The position numbers and the translations under genes are program-made. DNA of 64,000 bases from Octopus vulgaris (taxonomy: Eukaryota): NCBI GenBank assembly GCA_951406725.2, contig OX597826.1:76074001-76138000 (forward strand), written 5' to 3'. Shown piece by piece: positions 51,969-63,728 of this stretch. The notes below the pieces were generated by a model. That model saw nothing but the letters and a program-made list of their open reading frames with translations, did no database searches and had not been told where the DNA came from. Numbering within the stretch: position 1 is the stretch's first letter; each line of letters opens with the position of its first letter.

Positions 51969-52444
51969 CCCACTACACTCGCGGAGTGGTTGGCGTTAGG
52001 AAGGGCATCCAGCCGTAGAAACACTGCCAGATCTGACTGGGCCTGACGAAGCCTTCCAGCTTCACAGACCCCAGTTGACCCATCCAACCCATGCTAGCAT
52101 GGAAAGCGGACGCTAAACGATGATGATGATGATTGAGCTTCTGAAAACCAAAGCAAACTACGGAAGAATTTGCAAAGCAATTCAATTTGAGTCATATTTT
52201 GACCATAAAAAATCTTAATGAGTCTCAACCTGCTCAAATGGATCCCTCATCACCTGGCAGTTTTTTAACTCACTCAAAGAGTTGCCCTCCACAACAATTG
52301 AACAACTCCATAAACGTAAATAATATATTTGAGTAAATTAAAGACACGAGTAAGAACTAAAGTAATCCAACACCAGGAGTTAAGTTCCACTTGAGACGCA
52401 AGTGATTTTATATCAGTGCAAACATGAAAGTTTATATATACACA

Positions 52445-52608
52445 TATACGACGGGCTTCTTTCTGTTTCCCTCTACCAAATCCACTCACAAGGCTTTGGT
52501 CAGCCCAAGGCTATAGTAGAAGACACTTGCCCAAGGTGCCACGTAGTGGGACTGAACCCAGAACCATATGGTTGGTGAGCAAGCTACTTACCACACAGCC
52601 ACTCCTGC
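52445..52608 (-). mobile_element. SINE family A 5' half
   Basis: Ends ...CTTACCACACAGCCACTCCTGCG. Confidence 0.85.
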
Positions 52609-53625
52609 GACTATATGTCTATGATAAATTAATCAAAACGAGTCAAAAGTTATTTATATATTCTAGGTAAGGAGTGCACGGAAGGACACTCCCTTCGGCA
52701 GTCAACAGACCACACCAATTCGACACTTCCGATCAACATCGCCCCTGCCATTGGTGATGAGCAATATCGAAGTTAGCAGGGAAATTCGAGAATTCTTTAG
52801 GCCCATACTTCAACACGTTTACCCCCACCCCCTGTTATCCATTCAGGTAGGACATCAAAAACCAACCAGATGCAACTAAATACCATAATTATTTCTGCTT
52901 CATTTTGTCTTTTACTCTCAGCTTTGGTCGTTCTCTCATAAGCGTCTACCATCCTTCCATTCATGATGAATCACTTTCGTCTTCGCCCGTCAGTTCACGA
53001 ATTATTATTTTTTTTTGCTGCAGTTCCTTTTTTAAGTTCCTACTACCAACCAAGCAAGAACTTGTGGGCATAGCTACGATTCCATAACCCTCATCTACTA
53101 CAAATACCATACACTAACATCCTCGTCTCGTGCCCCACACGATTGTTCTCCAGTCCTTATTTTTATGTATCTACCTCCACTGGCAACACGAGAACTTTCT
53201 TCCAATCCTTCCAGTAATTACCACTATAACACAAGTTTCGGTCTCGGCTTCCCTTTGCTTACGACTCATTCATTGTTCACTTTGTTGTTTACAAGGGTTA
53301 TTTATATAAAATTTCATTAAAAGATATCCATTTTCCTGAAAGTTAGGCGGGGAAACGATCAGATCGTGTGAATTTTCCGTGAGTCCTCTCACCATTCGTT
53401 TACTACACATTTTATCTTTTACACCTATTTCCCTTATTTTAAAGTTCCGATAAACAACATAACATAAACAGTTCACTTTTGTGCCTGGAATATATATAAC
53501 AGTTACTCTACTTTCCCATTTCGCATTGTTAGAAGCTCTCTCATTCCTCAACACTTATTTTACTTCTGTATCACAATGCTTCTTCGTATACATACATACA
53601 GGCACATATAGATATATAAATAAAT

Positions 53626-53905
53626 GGTATTACAAGCGAATAGTGGTACCGGTGCGCGCACTCGCGCCAGCTGGTCGTAAATAGTCGCTCCTACAACTTT
53701 TTAACCCCGACCCTAACCTTTGTTTATAAAAATAATTCATTTACTTTGCGTTTTATTTATTTTGTTCGAGAAATATTCTTTAATTTTCTTTGATATGAAT
53801 TCAGCCTTGAAATACAAAACATACGCACAAGTCATTGTAGGATCGACTACTTACGACTAGCGAGCGCGAGTGCGCGCACCGGGACCACTGTCCGCTAGTA
53901 GTACC
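53626..53905. mobile_element. Merlin-type MITE with TIRs of about 70 bp, same family as 15370-15575
   Basis: GGTATTAC...CCGGTGCGCGCACTCGCG...CCTACAA mirrored at the right end; low-complexity TAAATAAAT flanks. Confidence 0.8.
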
Positions 53906-54095
53906 CTAAATAAATACATATATATATATATAATTCCATGTGCAAAGTATCCCTTTATTAAAGACCATCATCATCATCCTCATGTGTTTTAATTTTACTT
54001 ACGAAGTGGAGGAGAACTCTTTGAAGAAGAAAGAGAAAAACATGGAATTTTGTCAAAGAATAAAAGAGATTTCTGAGTAAAGCGGGTGTTGGTAC

Positions 54096-54203
54096 CTTTT
54101 TCACTTCGAACCTTTTCTTGTTTCCCGGTTTGTCTCCGCTGATAGCCTGAGAGGTTGAGGCTTCCCCAAACTCCTCTTCGTCAATTTCCATTGCGGCTGC
54201 CAT
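54096..54203 (-). CDS. RBX1: RBX1 exon 1 (36 codons)
   Basis: MAAAMEID...KKRFEVKK|gtacca; the six exons sum to 357 nt, or 118 aa plus stop. Confidence 0.96.
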
Positions 54204-54364
54204 TGAGAAACTGAGAAATAATAAAAAAATCTCGTCGAACAGAACACAAATCCCGTTCGCAACGAGATTCTCGAGAATCAAAGCTGAAAGTGGTGGGGTG
54301 ATGCAAAACTAGAAACGTGTTGTTTGTCTTCGTCGTTCGTTTATTCCAGAATTTCTATATATCA

Positions 54365-54756
54365 CTAGCAGTATCGCCCGGCGTTGCTCGGGTTTGTAAG
54401 GGAAATAACTATATAAGCATTTTTAGAAAGTTATAGCCAAAATATAGCAAAAAAATGCATTAAAAATGGAAAAAAAATTAGGGTAAATTTTTTTTAAATC
54501 GTTGACTCATCGTAGACATTTTTAGAGAGTTACTTCCCTTATATAATAGCGAAAAAGTGCATTAAAATGGAAAAAAATAATGGTAAATTATTTTTAAAAT
54601 CGTAGACTCATCGTAGACGTACGCTAATACCCAGAAGGGCTCGATATGAATCACGACTATAAGATACCCGGCTTTGGTTAAACTGCACCGCAAAATGTGG
54701 GAGTAGTTAGGAATCTAAATCGTAGGAGACAGACACACAACTTTTATATATAAAGA
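54365..54756 (-). mobile_element. Non-autonomous Helitron
   Basis: A|TC 5' end, subterminal hairpin CCCGAGCAACGCCGGG, CTAG|T 3' end, no TSD; internal duplication of about 100 bp. Confidence 0.85.
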
Positions 54757-54880
54757 TTTCTTTCAACAATGTTAACTTTCCGTGCTACTGCTTTTTATTT
54801 ATCTATATTTTTCATTATTAGAAATATACATGAATTTTTTTTTTGTTTCATTCTTCTTCACCTATAATAATTCGGACTAG

Positions 54881-55630
54881 GGTGGCGAGCTGGCAGAATC
54901 GTTAGCACGCCGGGCGATTTATGCTTAGCGGTATTTCGTCTGCCGTTACGTTCTGAGTTCAAATTCCACCGAGGTCGACTGTGCCTGCCATCCTTTCGGG
55001 GTCGATTAAATAAGTACCACTTACACACTGGGGTCGATCTAATTGACTTAATCCCGTTGTCTGTCCTTGTTTGTCCCCTCTATGTTTAGCCCCTTGTGGG
55101 TAATAAAGAAATGGGTATTTCGTCTGCTGCTACGTTCTGAGTTCAAATTCCGCCAAGGTCGACTTTACCTTTCATCCTTTCGGTGTCGATAAATTAAGTA
55201 CCAGTTACACACTGGGGTCGATATAATCGATTTAATACCTTTGTCTTCCTTGTTTGCCCTCTCTGTGTTTAGCCCCTTGTGGGTAATAAAGAAATAGGTA
55301 TTTCGTCTGCTGCTACGTTCTGAGTTCAAATTCTGTGGAAGTCGACTTTGCCTTTCATCGTTTCGGAGTCTATAAATTAAGTATCAGTTACGCACTTGGG
55401 TCGATATAATCGACTTAATCCCTTTATCTGTCCTTGTTTGTCCCCTCTGTGTTTAGCCCCTTGCAGGTTGTAAAGAAATAGGTATTTCGTCTGCTGTTGC
55501 GTTCTGAGTTCAAATTCAGCCGAGGTCGACTTTGCCTTTCATCCTTTCGGAGTCGATTAAATAAGTACCAGTTTCTCACTGAGGTCGATGTCCCCTCTAT
55601 GTTTAGCCCCCTGTTGGCAATAAAGAAATA
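54881..55630 (+). mobile_element. SINE family B: one head and four tandem bodies of about 184 bp
   Basis: GGTATTTCGTCTG restarts at 54930, 55114, 55297 and 55481. Confidence 0.88.
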
Positions 55631-56186
55631 TACAATAATCTGGACATACCTATACAATTGTGCTTCCCACTCTCTTTGACTTTGTTTCCTCACAACTTTC
55701 AGAAAAATTGGATGTTTTAAAATGAAATTTTCTACAAATGCTTTCAGATGGTGTAGAATTTAAGGTAAAACTAAAGGGTTTGACCCGAGCAAACAAATTT
55801 TTTCAAAAATAGTTTAATAGGTGTAAAACAACTTGTTCTAAACAAATAGGAAAAAAATTCACATTGTAAATTTTCTGAGTTGTCTCACCACAGCCCCCCA
55901 CCCAATTTTTTTAATAGTGTAATAGGTGTACAACAACATGTAGTAAACGGATATGAAAATAAAAATGTGCGCTGGCAAACGTTGGGTGTATATGCATACG
56001 CATATATATGTCTGTGCGATTTGCATGCAATGTACATATATAGAGAGTGGGCTAGAAGTAATTATATATAAATAAATATATATATATATACATTTACACA
56101 TACATACATACATACATACGTATGTATGTATATATGAATGGATGGATGGATAGATGGATGTATATATATATCTTTCCTTCTTCTAT

Positions 56187-56221
56187 GTTTCCGACAAAGA
56201 GCTCCGCTCGAAACATTAAAC
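56187..56221 (+). ncRNA. Decayed U4C-variant hammerhead-like motif
   Basis: GTTT-CCGACAA-A-GAGC(TCC)GCTC-GAAA-CA-TT-AAAC. Confidence 0.45.
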
Positions 56222-56376
56222 CCTCCTTCTTCTCTTCTTTCCTGAGTGTCCAATAATACTTTATTTGTTCCATGTCCTCGCGTTGCTGTGTTTTTTTTGT
56301 GTTTTCTTGTTTGGATTAACTATATATATATATATATATGAGTGTGTATATACATATATATGCGTGTGTATGTATG

Positions 56377-56407
<31 letters not shown>

Positions 56408-56500
56408 ATATATATAAACAATTGCAGCGTAGAATGTGTTTATAAGCCATTTAAAAAAACACACAAAAACCGTTAGATACTCTTCAACATTTAAATTTAA

Positions 56501-56551
56501 TTTGTCAAAATATTTTCGTTGCCATGAAACCGCAACCTGTTCACTGACAAA
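56501..56551 (-). ncRNA. Hammerhead motif with compensatory G3-C8 core
   Basis: TTTGTCA-GTGAACA-G-GTTGC(GGTTTCATG)GCAAC-GAAA-ATAT-TT-TGACAAA. Confidence 0.72.
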
Positions 56552-57027
56552 ATTCCATGCTGCATCTGAGAAAGTAACAGTTCTTGATATATATGTATGT
56601 ATGTGTGTATGTATGTATGTATGCATGTATGTATGTGCATCAGGCAAAATGCTTAGAAGTATTTTATCCATCTTTATGTTCTGAGTCCAAATTCTACTGA
56701 GGTCAACTTTGCCTCTCATCCTTTTGGAATTGATAAAAGCACTACCACATGATTACTGGGAGGGAGGGGTGTCGATGTAATCAACTAGCCCTGCCCCCAA
56801 ACTTGCTGGCCTTCTGCCAAAATTTTGACACCAACATTCTTTGTATTTTTCATGTTCTGGGTTCAAATCCCACTGAAATTAATATAGATACCAGTTATGT
56901 GCTGGAGTCAAGTCAATTCTTCACAGCTCAGCCACCGAAATTTGTGGCCTTGAACCGATATTTTTCATACAACTGAGACAGTTCTACAAGAAAAAAAAGA
57001 AGACAGAAATGAAAAGAACCCAAAACA

Positions 57028-57194
57028 GGAGTGGCTGTGTGGTAAGTAGCTTGCTAACCAACCACATGGTTCTGGGTTCAGGACCCACTACGTGGCATCT
57101 TGGGCAAGTGTCTTCTGCTATAGCCCCGGGCCGACCAATGCCTTGTGAGTGGATTTGGTAGACGGAAACTGAAAGAAGCCTATCGCATATATGT

Positions 57195-57244
<50 letters not shown>

Positions 57245-57440
57245 CTGTGTTTGTCCCCCTAGCATTGCTTGACAACCAATGCTGGTGTGCTTACGTCCCC
57301 GTCACTTAGCGGTTTGGCAAAAGAGACCGATAGAATAAGTACTAGGCTTACAAAGAATAAGCCCCGGGGTCGATTTGATCGACTAAAGGCGGTGCTCCAG
57401 CATGGCCGCAGTCACATGACTGAAACAAGTAAAAGAGTAG
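57028..57440 (+). mobile_element. Full-length SINE family A with internal TA/TG microsatellite
   Basis: tRNA-like head, GTTCAGGACCC, central TGGGCAAGTGTCTT and (AAGAGT)-like tail. Confidence 0.88.
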
Positions 57441-58321
57441 AGAGAGTAAGAGTATATGTGAGGAATTTGGAGAGAATTTATGTGGCTGTGTGGTAAGAAG
57501 CTCATTTCCCAACTACATGGTTCTGGGTTCATTCCCACTACACAGAACTTTGGGCAGTATCTTCTGCTCTGTGTTGACCAGTGTCTTGTGAGTGGTTTTG
57601 GTAGATGAAAACTGAAAGAAGCCCATCATGTATATATCGTATTATTTTTGTATTCATATTTGTATTTTTTTTTGTATTTATATTCGTGTAATATTGTCCG
57701 TTTTTCTGTCCTTGTTTTGTATACATTCGATCCTTTTTCTAAGAAATCTAATGCTCGTAGCTTAGTTTTTCCTTGGGGCTGGCCAGATTGGAGCAATCTC
57801 AAAATTAATCAGCCAAAATTGCAAAGATGATCCGTTCTTGACTGAAGATTAAAGGCTTCGAATGACCTGTCCGTGTTTTTTGTATCGTCTATTTGGATGT
57901 TTTGCGTTCTTGTCCCATTTTGTATTTATATATATATATATATAGCGGCGTACGTACACTTTGTTCTCTTATATATGTATGTATGTATGAATGCGTGTAT
58001 GTATGTATGAATGTGTGTGCATCCCACCACTGCTTGACAACTGATGGTGTGTTTACTTCTGTGACTTAGCAGTTTGGCAAAAGAGATCAATAGAATAGGT
58101 ACCAAACTCACACACACACACACACAGAAACACTCATGTACACATAGGCAACAGAGTTTTAGGCGGTGATGGATTCACAGCAATTGTGGTGCAACCGATG
58201 CATGATTATTGCTAATTGAAATGTGTACAAGAACATGTATGTATGTATTGTACGTATGTCCGTGAATATGTATGTATGCAAGTGTGCGTGTGTATGTAGT
58301 GAAGCATTTATATGTAAAATA

Positions 58322-58359
<38 letters not shown>

Positions 58360-58513
58360 CAATGTGTAAATACATGTGTTATGAATTAATGCATCATATT
58401 TTCCTCTTAGTTGTCATGAAGTTCAAAATTATTGTTTTATGAAATCCTTTGTTTATTGGTACATATGTATGTATGTATGTATGTGTGTATATATACATAT
58501 ATATATACATACA

Positions 58514-58703
58514 TGCTGTTAGTAAGGTGAGGGTTGGCAACGAGTACAGTGAAGAATTCCGGGTAGAGGTTGGGGTCCACCAAGGCTCAGTCCTCAGCCC
58601 CCTCCTATTTATCATAGTCCTCCAGGCAATAACGGAGGAATTCAAGACAGGATGCCCCTGGGAGCTCCTCTATGCTGATGACCTTGCTCTAATTGCTGAA
58701 TCA
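58514..58703 (+). mobile_element. Internal RTE RT fragment, nearly identical to 50160-50348
   Basis: SKVRVGNEYSEEFRVEVGVHQGSVLSPLLF...YADDLALIAES. Confidence 0.9.
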
Positions 58704-59338
58704 TATAATGGAAGGGAGGTAACCAAGATGAAAGTTCTTAGAATTAGGAATATTTAAATTTAGTATTCAAGAATGAAGTATAGTTTATATGGGGCATAAT
58801 AATTTAGGCTAGTTAGGGGTAATATTTAAAAGAAAAAAAGGGTGGGGAATTAGGTGTAGTAGAATTCTTGCAGAAATAGATATGGAAATTACCAATTCTT
58901 TAAAACTTTTGATAGATTAAGTTTACAACTTAATAATTTTATTAGATATATGGAATTTATGTAATCATCATCATCATCATCATCATCGTTTAGCGTCCGT
59001 TTTCCATGCTGGCATGGGTTGGACGGTGCAACTGGGGTCTGGGAAGCCAGAAGGCTGCACCAGGCCCAGTCTGATCTGGCAATGTTTCTACGGTTATAGT
59101 TATAGAAATTTAAAAAGATTTTATTCTACTTCAATAATATTAAACCCCCTCCCCAATAGTAAATCTAAATAACAAAGTAAAATCAGTGATAAGTAGTATC
59201 TCCATGAATAAATATCAATTACTACCATGTTTCTGTTGATGAAACTGGTCTCCCTGTCCATCTACTTACTCTCTTTGAGATGTTGGTAAATGGAATAAGT
59301 ATAAAAATGAACATTGTCTATTTAATAAAAAATTCTAT

Positions 59339-59428
59339 ATGTGGCTGAAGATTGCTCTACATTTTAAAACTGATGTAATACTTGCATTGTTTAATTAAAT
59401 GAAGTCACATGAAACGATCGTACTGCAT
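59339..59428 (+). ncRNA. Hammerhead motif with long, eroded stem II
   Basis: ATGTGG-CTGAAGA-(59 nt)-GAAA-CGATCG-TA-CTGCAT; palindrome ACGATCGT. Confidence 0.62.
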
Positions 59429-59659
59429 TACCTTTGGATATCCTTGTTGCTTATTTTGATTATAATCACCCCATTTGAATTATATGGATAATACCATACC
59501 AAATTCTGGGGCCTTTAACTTAAGTACCATATTCAACTGAAATCCAAATTTGCTTCTCTGAAAGTTTTAAGACAAATATCTGAAACGGCCACAGGTTTGT
59601 GTACTGTTGGCGATTTTTTTTCCTCTGTCTTCCCTTCTCTGGATCTTTCCTTCTCCTAT

Positions 59660-59694
59660 GTTTCCGACGAAGAGCTTTGCTCGAAACGTTAAAC
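59660..59694 (+). ncRNA. Minimal hammerhead-like motif, U4C variant (best copy)
   Basis: GTTT-CCGACGA-A-GAGC(TTT)GCTC-GAAA-CG-TT-AAAC. Confidence 0.62.
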
Positions 59695-62600
59695 CCTCCT
59701 TCTTTCCTTCTTTCCTGAGCGTCCAATAATACTATATTTGTTCCACATCCTCGCGTTGTTGTGTTTTTTTGTGCTTTCTTGTATGGATTAACTATATATA
59801 TATATATATACATACACACACATTCATATACACACCAAGTTTTATTCTGGTAGTTTTCTAGTTTATAACACATTAATATCTCATCATTTCTCATTTTTTA
59901 TGCCTAAGATATTTATTTATTTTCTATTCTGGTTTTTATATATCTCTTTATTTTGATATGTGGATATTCAAATGAAATAATATCTCATGTCCTACATCTG
60001 AAATCCAAATTTGCTTGTCTGAATATTTTAAGACAGATATCTGACACGGCCACAGGTATGGGTTAACACTTTCAATGTCCGCTTTTAATTTATTTTCTAC
60101 CTTCATGATTTAGCCCCTTGTGTTGTGTGGTGGTTTGGCTGCTTGTGTTGCTCCGTGGATGTATCATTGCTGGACCTTTCGGGGCAGGAGCAGTGGCAGA
60201 GTGTGGCACACAAGAATCGAAAAATGTTGTTTGGTGTTGGCTGTTCACAATAACACAATTATAATACAGTAATCTTGGAAAAATTGAGGATGCATCACAC
60301 ACAATGCTTGGTGAAAAGCTAAATAGTGAATGTCAACCCAATATGGTTACCTTTAGTGAAGGATAAATTTAAATAACTTAAAATGTAGTCTTAATTGTAC
60401 ACTAGTTGTTGGCCAATGTCGCCTTAAGGCATACACACGCAGTGCAACCGCCCGGGACTTCATTGATCTAGGGATCTAATTCTAATCACCTTCGATGATC
60501 TACTTCTAGCATACGGCTGACCACCTAGTGGTTTTTTAGCCCTTTAAATATACACATGTATTAGAATTTTCTCTGATTTTTCAGATTTTTGTATGCTAGG
60601 CTACTGGTTTTAAATTGATATTAATTAAATTAATACTCAATTTATCTCCCACATTATTTAAATGAACTAATTCTAATCTGTATTTTGTGGCTGTCAAAGA
60701 AACATTATAAGGTGAGTGCATTGATTTGCTCAAAGGTCTACAATGCTGCAAAGAGGGTCCTGGTATTTCAGAAATCAGTATACATAATATTCAAGGAGTC
60801 TGATAACATCAGGAACTGCCACTGCTATTTGAGGCTGAAAATAGATTTTGCAAGGATGAATTAAGGACAGTGTAGACAAATAAAACCAAAATAAAACACC
60901 AACATCTTTGATAGATTTATTAAAAATTAATAAGTAAAAGGTATTATTATTATTGCCATCCTCAGTATACAATCAATGGACTGAAATTTGCTGACTGTTA
61001 TATAGAGAGATATGAGATATTTAGAGAGAGAGAGAGATAGAGAGAGAGGCAGAGTATCTAGGTTCCACTAATCCTCAAAATACCGTGGAAGTTATTTATG
61101 AAATATTGCGTGAAATATATATGAGCATGTCTAGATACGTAACTATATGCATGAGAATACATACATAAAACATACATACATACATACATACATACATACA
61201 TACATACATACATACGCTCACACATACATACATACATACATTCATACATACATACATACATACATACATACATACATACATACATACATACATACATACA
61301 AAAATACCCTGCTGTTAATGTTGAAATTCCAATGAAGGAGCCTTGAATCTAGGTTAGAAACCGGTTGTTTGCTTTTGGTGTCAAGAAATCTTGAAATAAA
61401 CTGAATAATGACATACATATGCATACATACACATACACACACACACAATGATATTAGATCTTTAATGCCGTCTAATTATATATTATTCCCATCAACCATC
61501 ATCAGCTCCAAACGTCGGTTTCTGATCCCTTAGTAGGTGGCTTTTAAAATCAGCATACATAATATTCAAGGAGTTTGATAATATCAGGAACTGCCACTGT
61601 TATTTGAGGCTGGAAATAGATTTTGCAAGGATGAATTAAGGACAGTGTAGACAAAAAACAGGCTTTACATTTGACTGATTAATCTGGATGCTAAAGGGTT
61701 AAATCTTCGTGCATTGTTCATCTGACACATTTTACAACTTGCTGTTTTAATAACAAACTCTTATCGTCACAACTGCTGACTCCAACCCAAAATATGAGCT
61801 CAGTATGAAACTATTAAATCTCAATAAAGGGTAGCGTACAAGATTGCAAGTGACTCTTACTCCAGTTCATCGATTCCATAAGAACTCCACGGGACTCACC
61901 ACCCATGACTTCAGCAGGTTTCACCCAGCATATGAGCGCTTTCAGGTCTAGGGAGAGGGAATAGCTTCTCCTTGTCTTATAGCATGGCACCGGAATCAGG
62001 AAAATGATCTGATCAGTATAACCTGGGACATTTCCGACGAAGCTTTTCCCTACACACTCAGGCGCACACTGGTTATCTTCGTCTCTGTGGGAAACACCAC
62101 ATTTTGCAGCAGCTTACCATATCTTACAAGAACGGAATTCTCTGAGAACTAATTTAAACCATTATTATAGGTTTTATTGAAATTTAAAATTTCATAAGGA
62201 TTTCTAGCGAAAGCAAGGGAGACTACTCCTATTCATTGCGCCAGAGTTGCTGTCCTTAAACCATTGCGTGGTCGCCGAATTGTCTGGTTCACCATGTGAC
62301 TCAAACCGGAAAAAATGAATGAGCTTTGTTTATCATTCAATGTTAACAAGCTTTATTTATAAACCATGGCTGCCTCACGGCACACGATTATTTCATTTTA
62401 CCAATGAAGATTTTAGACAAACTACTAAAACAATTATTTAATCTTCACATCTTTTGAGAATTCTTTCTTTTCGTCGATACACTCTCACGGACTCATACAC
62501 AACATATACGTGTGTGCATGTGTACATGCGTGTGCGTATATGTGTGTGTGTTTGTATGTGTAGGTGTTAGTGTATACCTACTTTTATGCTTACAAGTGTA

Positions 62601-62781
62601 AACCAGAATCATGCTGCATCCATTTATGTCATAATCGTGACTTTGTAGTTCGATAAATGAGGTCCAGTAAAGAAATGCATCATACAATAAATATGATCGA
62701 CTAAAATCGTTGATGACATGCACCAGCATGATTACTTTCGAAAGAATGAAACCGGTAAACGATTAAAGGAATCTATCTCAC

Positions 62782-62920
62782 CTGATTTATAGACAGCCAT
62801 CGAATAAGAAGTTCCACAAAATTTGTCGTTACTTCCGTGACATTCTTCTTGACAAGCTGTACTGGTGTACCAGAGACCGAATTTATCATAATTGGACCCA
62901 CAAGAACAATCAACACCTTT
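62782..62920 (-). CDS. Internal exon encoding the C-terminal half of a WSC (carbohydrate-binding) domain
   Basis: ttccag|KGVDCSCGSNYDKFGLWYTSTACQEECHGSNDKFCGTSYSMAVYKS(G)|gtgaga fits the WSC pattern CxCG...CxxxCxG....CG.....VY; 139 nt, phase 0 to 1. Confidence 0.75.
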
Positions 62921-63495
62921 CTGGAATACGAAATAAAGTTCATATTAAATTGTTTGCTATTGTTGTTGTTTAGGTCTTATCTGTGTCAATTCTAACCAAG
63001 TAGTCTGTTGACGAAAGGCATTCCAGAAATGACCACCCTGTCATTTTGCATATCAGTAAGTACATTGTCATAATGTAATGTTCTTTATTTAAAATGACTG
63101 AGTGTAAATTAAAAGAGATTTCACTGCTGTTTCTAAAGAGAGTGAGTCACCGCACAAAGGGTCAGATATACAATCTCTGCTTTATTTTTCAAAGATAGAA
63201 AAAAAATCCCACCTTGAAAGTGCTTTGGTTACTATTGCTAGCAACTCAAGTAACCTTTTAGGAGTTCCCTCGTTGATATGGAGGTAGCAGAACTTCGATG
63301 TTATGGTTTTCATGCCTTTCCAGACCACATTAATGGCACAAGTAAAATGATTGCAAATAAAACTCAGCCGTCTCACATGTTTTAACAGTATGAGAATTTT
63401 CTGTTTGCACTGAAGACATCTTCTTCGTCGAGTTATTCTTCTCAAGTAAATATGTCAGATATCCATCATATTGAGGGATGTAGCCTTTCAGGAAA

Positions 63496-63728
63496 GGCGG
63501 CGAGCTGGCAGACACGTTAGCGCGCCGGGCGAAATGCTGAGCGGTATTTCGTCTGTCGTTACGTTCTGAGTTCAAATTCCGCCGAGGTCAACTTTGCCTT
63601 TCATCCTTTCGGGGTCGATAAATAAAGTACCAGTTTCGCACTGGGATTTATGTAATCAACTTAATCCCTTTGTCTGTCCTTGTTTGCCCCCTCTATGTTT
63701 AGCCCCTTGTGGGCAATAAAGAAATATA
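63496..63728 (+). mobile_element. Young full-length SINE family B
   Basis: Perfect 15-bp TSD TAGCCTTTCAGGAAA at 63481-63495 and 63729-63743. Confidence 0.92.

Larger units (their letters stand above)
48649..52131 (+). mobile_element. Young 5'-truncated RTE-clade LINE, antisense in RBX1 intron 1
   Basis: Partial APE domain (GHVG...NEEG.RLLEFC...QIDYIL...QHRLVV), full RT, tandem 3' UTR and (GAT)n tail; 9-bp TSD ATTGAGCTT at 48640-48648 and 52132-52140. Confidence 0.95.

Noticed and set aside
60090-60302. 70-aa minus-strand ORF as the last exon of the WSC gene
   Set aside because: Weak acceptor and no similarity I can recognise.
61324-61400. Hammerhead-like CCAATGA...GAAA-CCGG-TT plus AATAAA inside (TACA)n
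   Set aside because: Two core changes including G5, and stem I does not pair; at most a relic.
62493-62734. In-frame continuation after the WSC exon via a 47-nt intron
   Set aside because: The intron would be unusually short, the peptide is unrecognisable and the frame runs into microsatellite.
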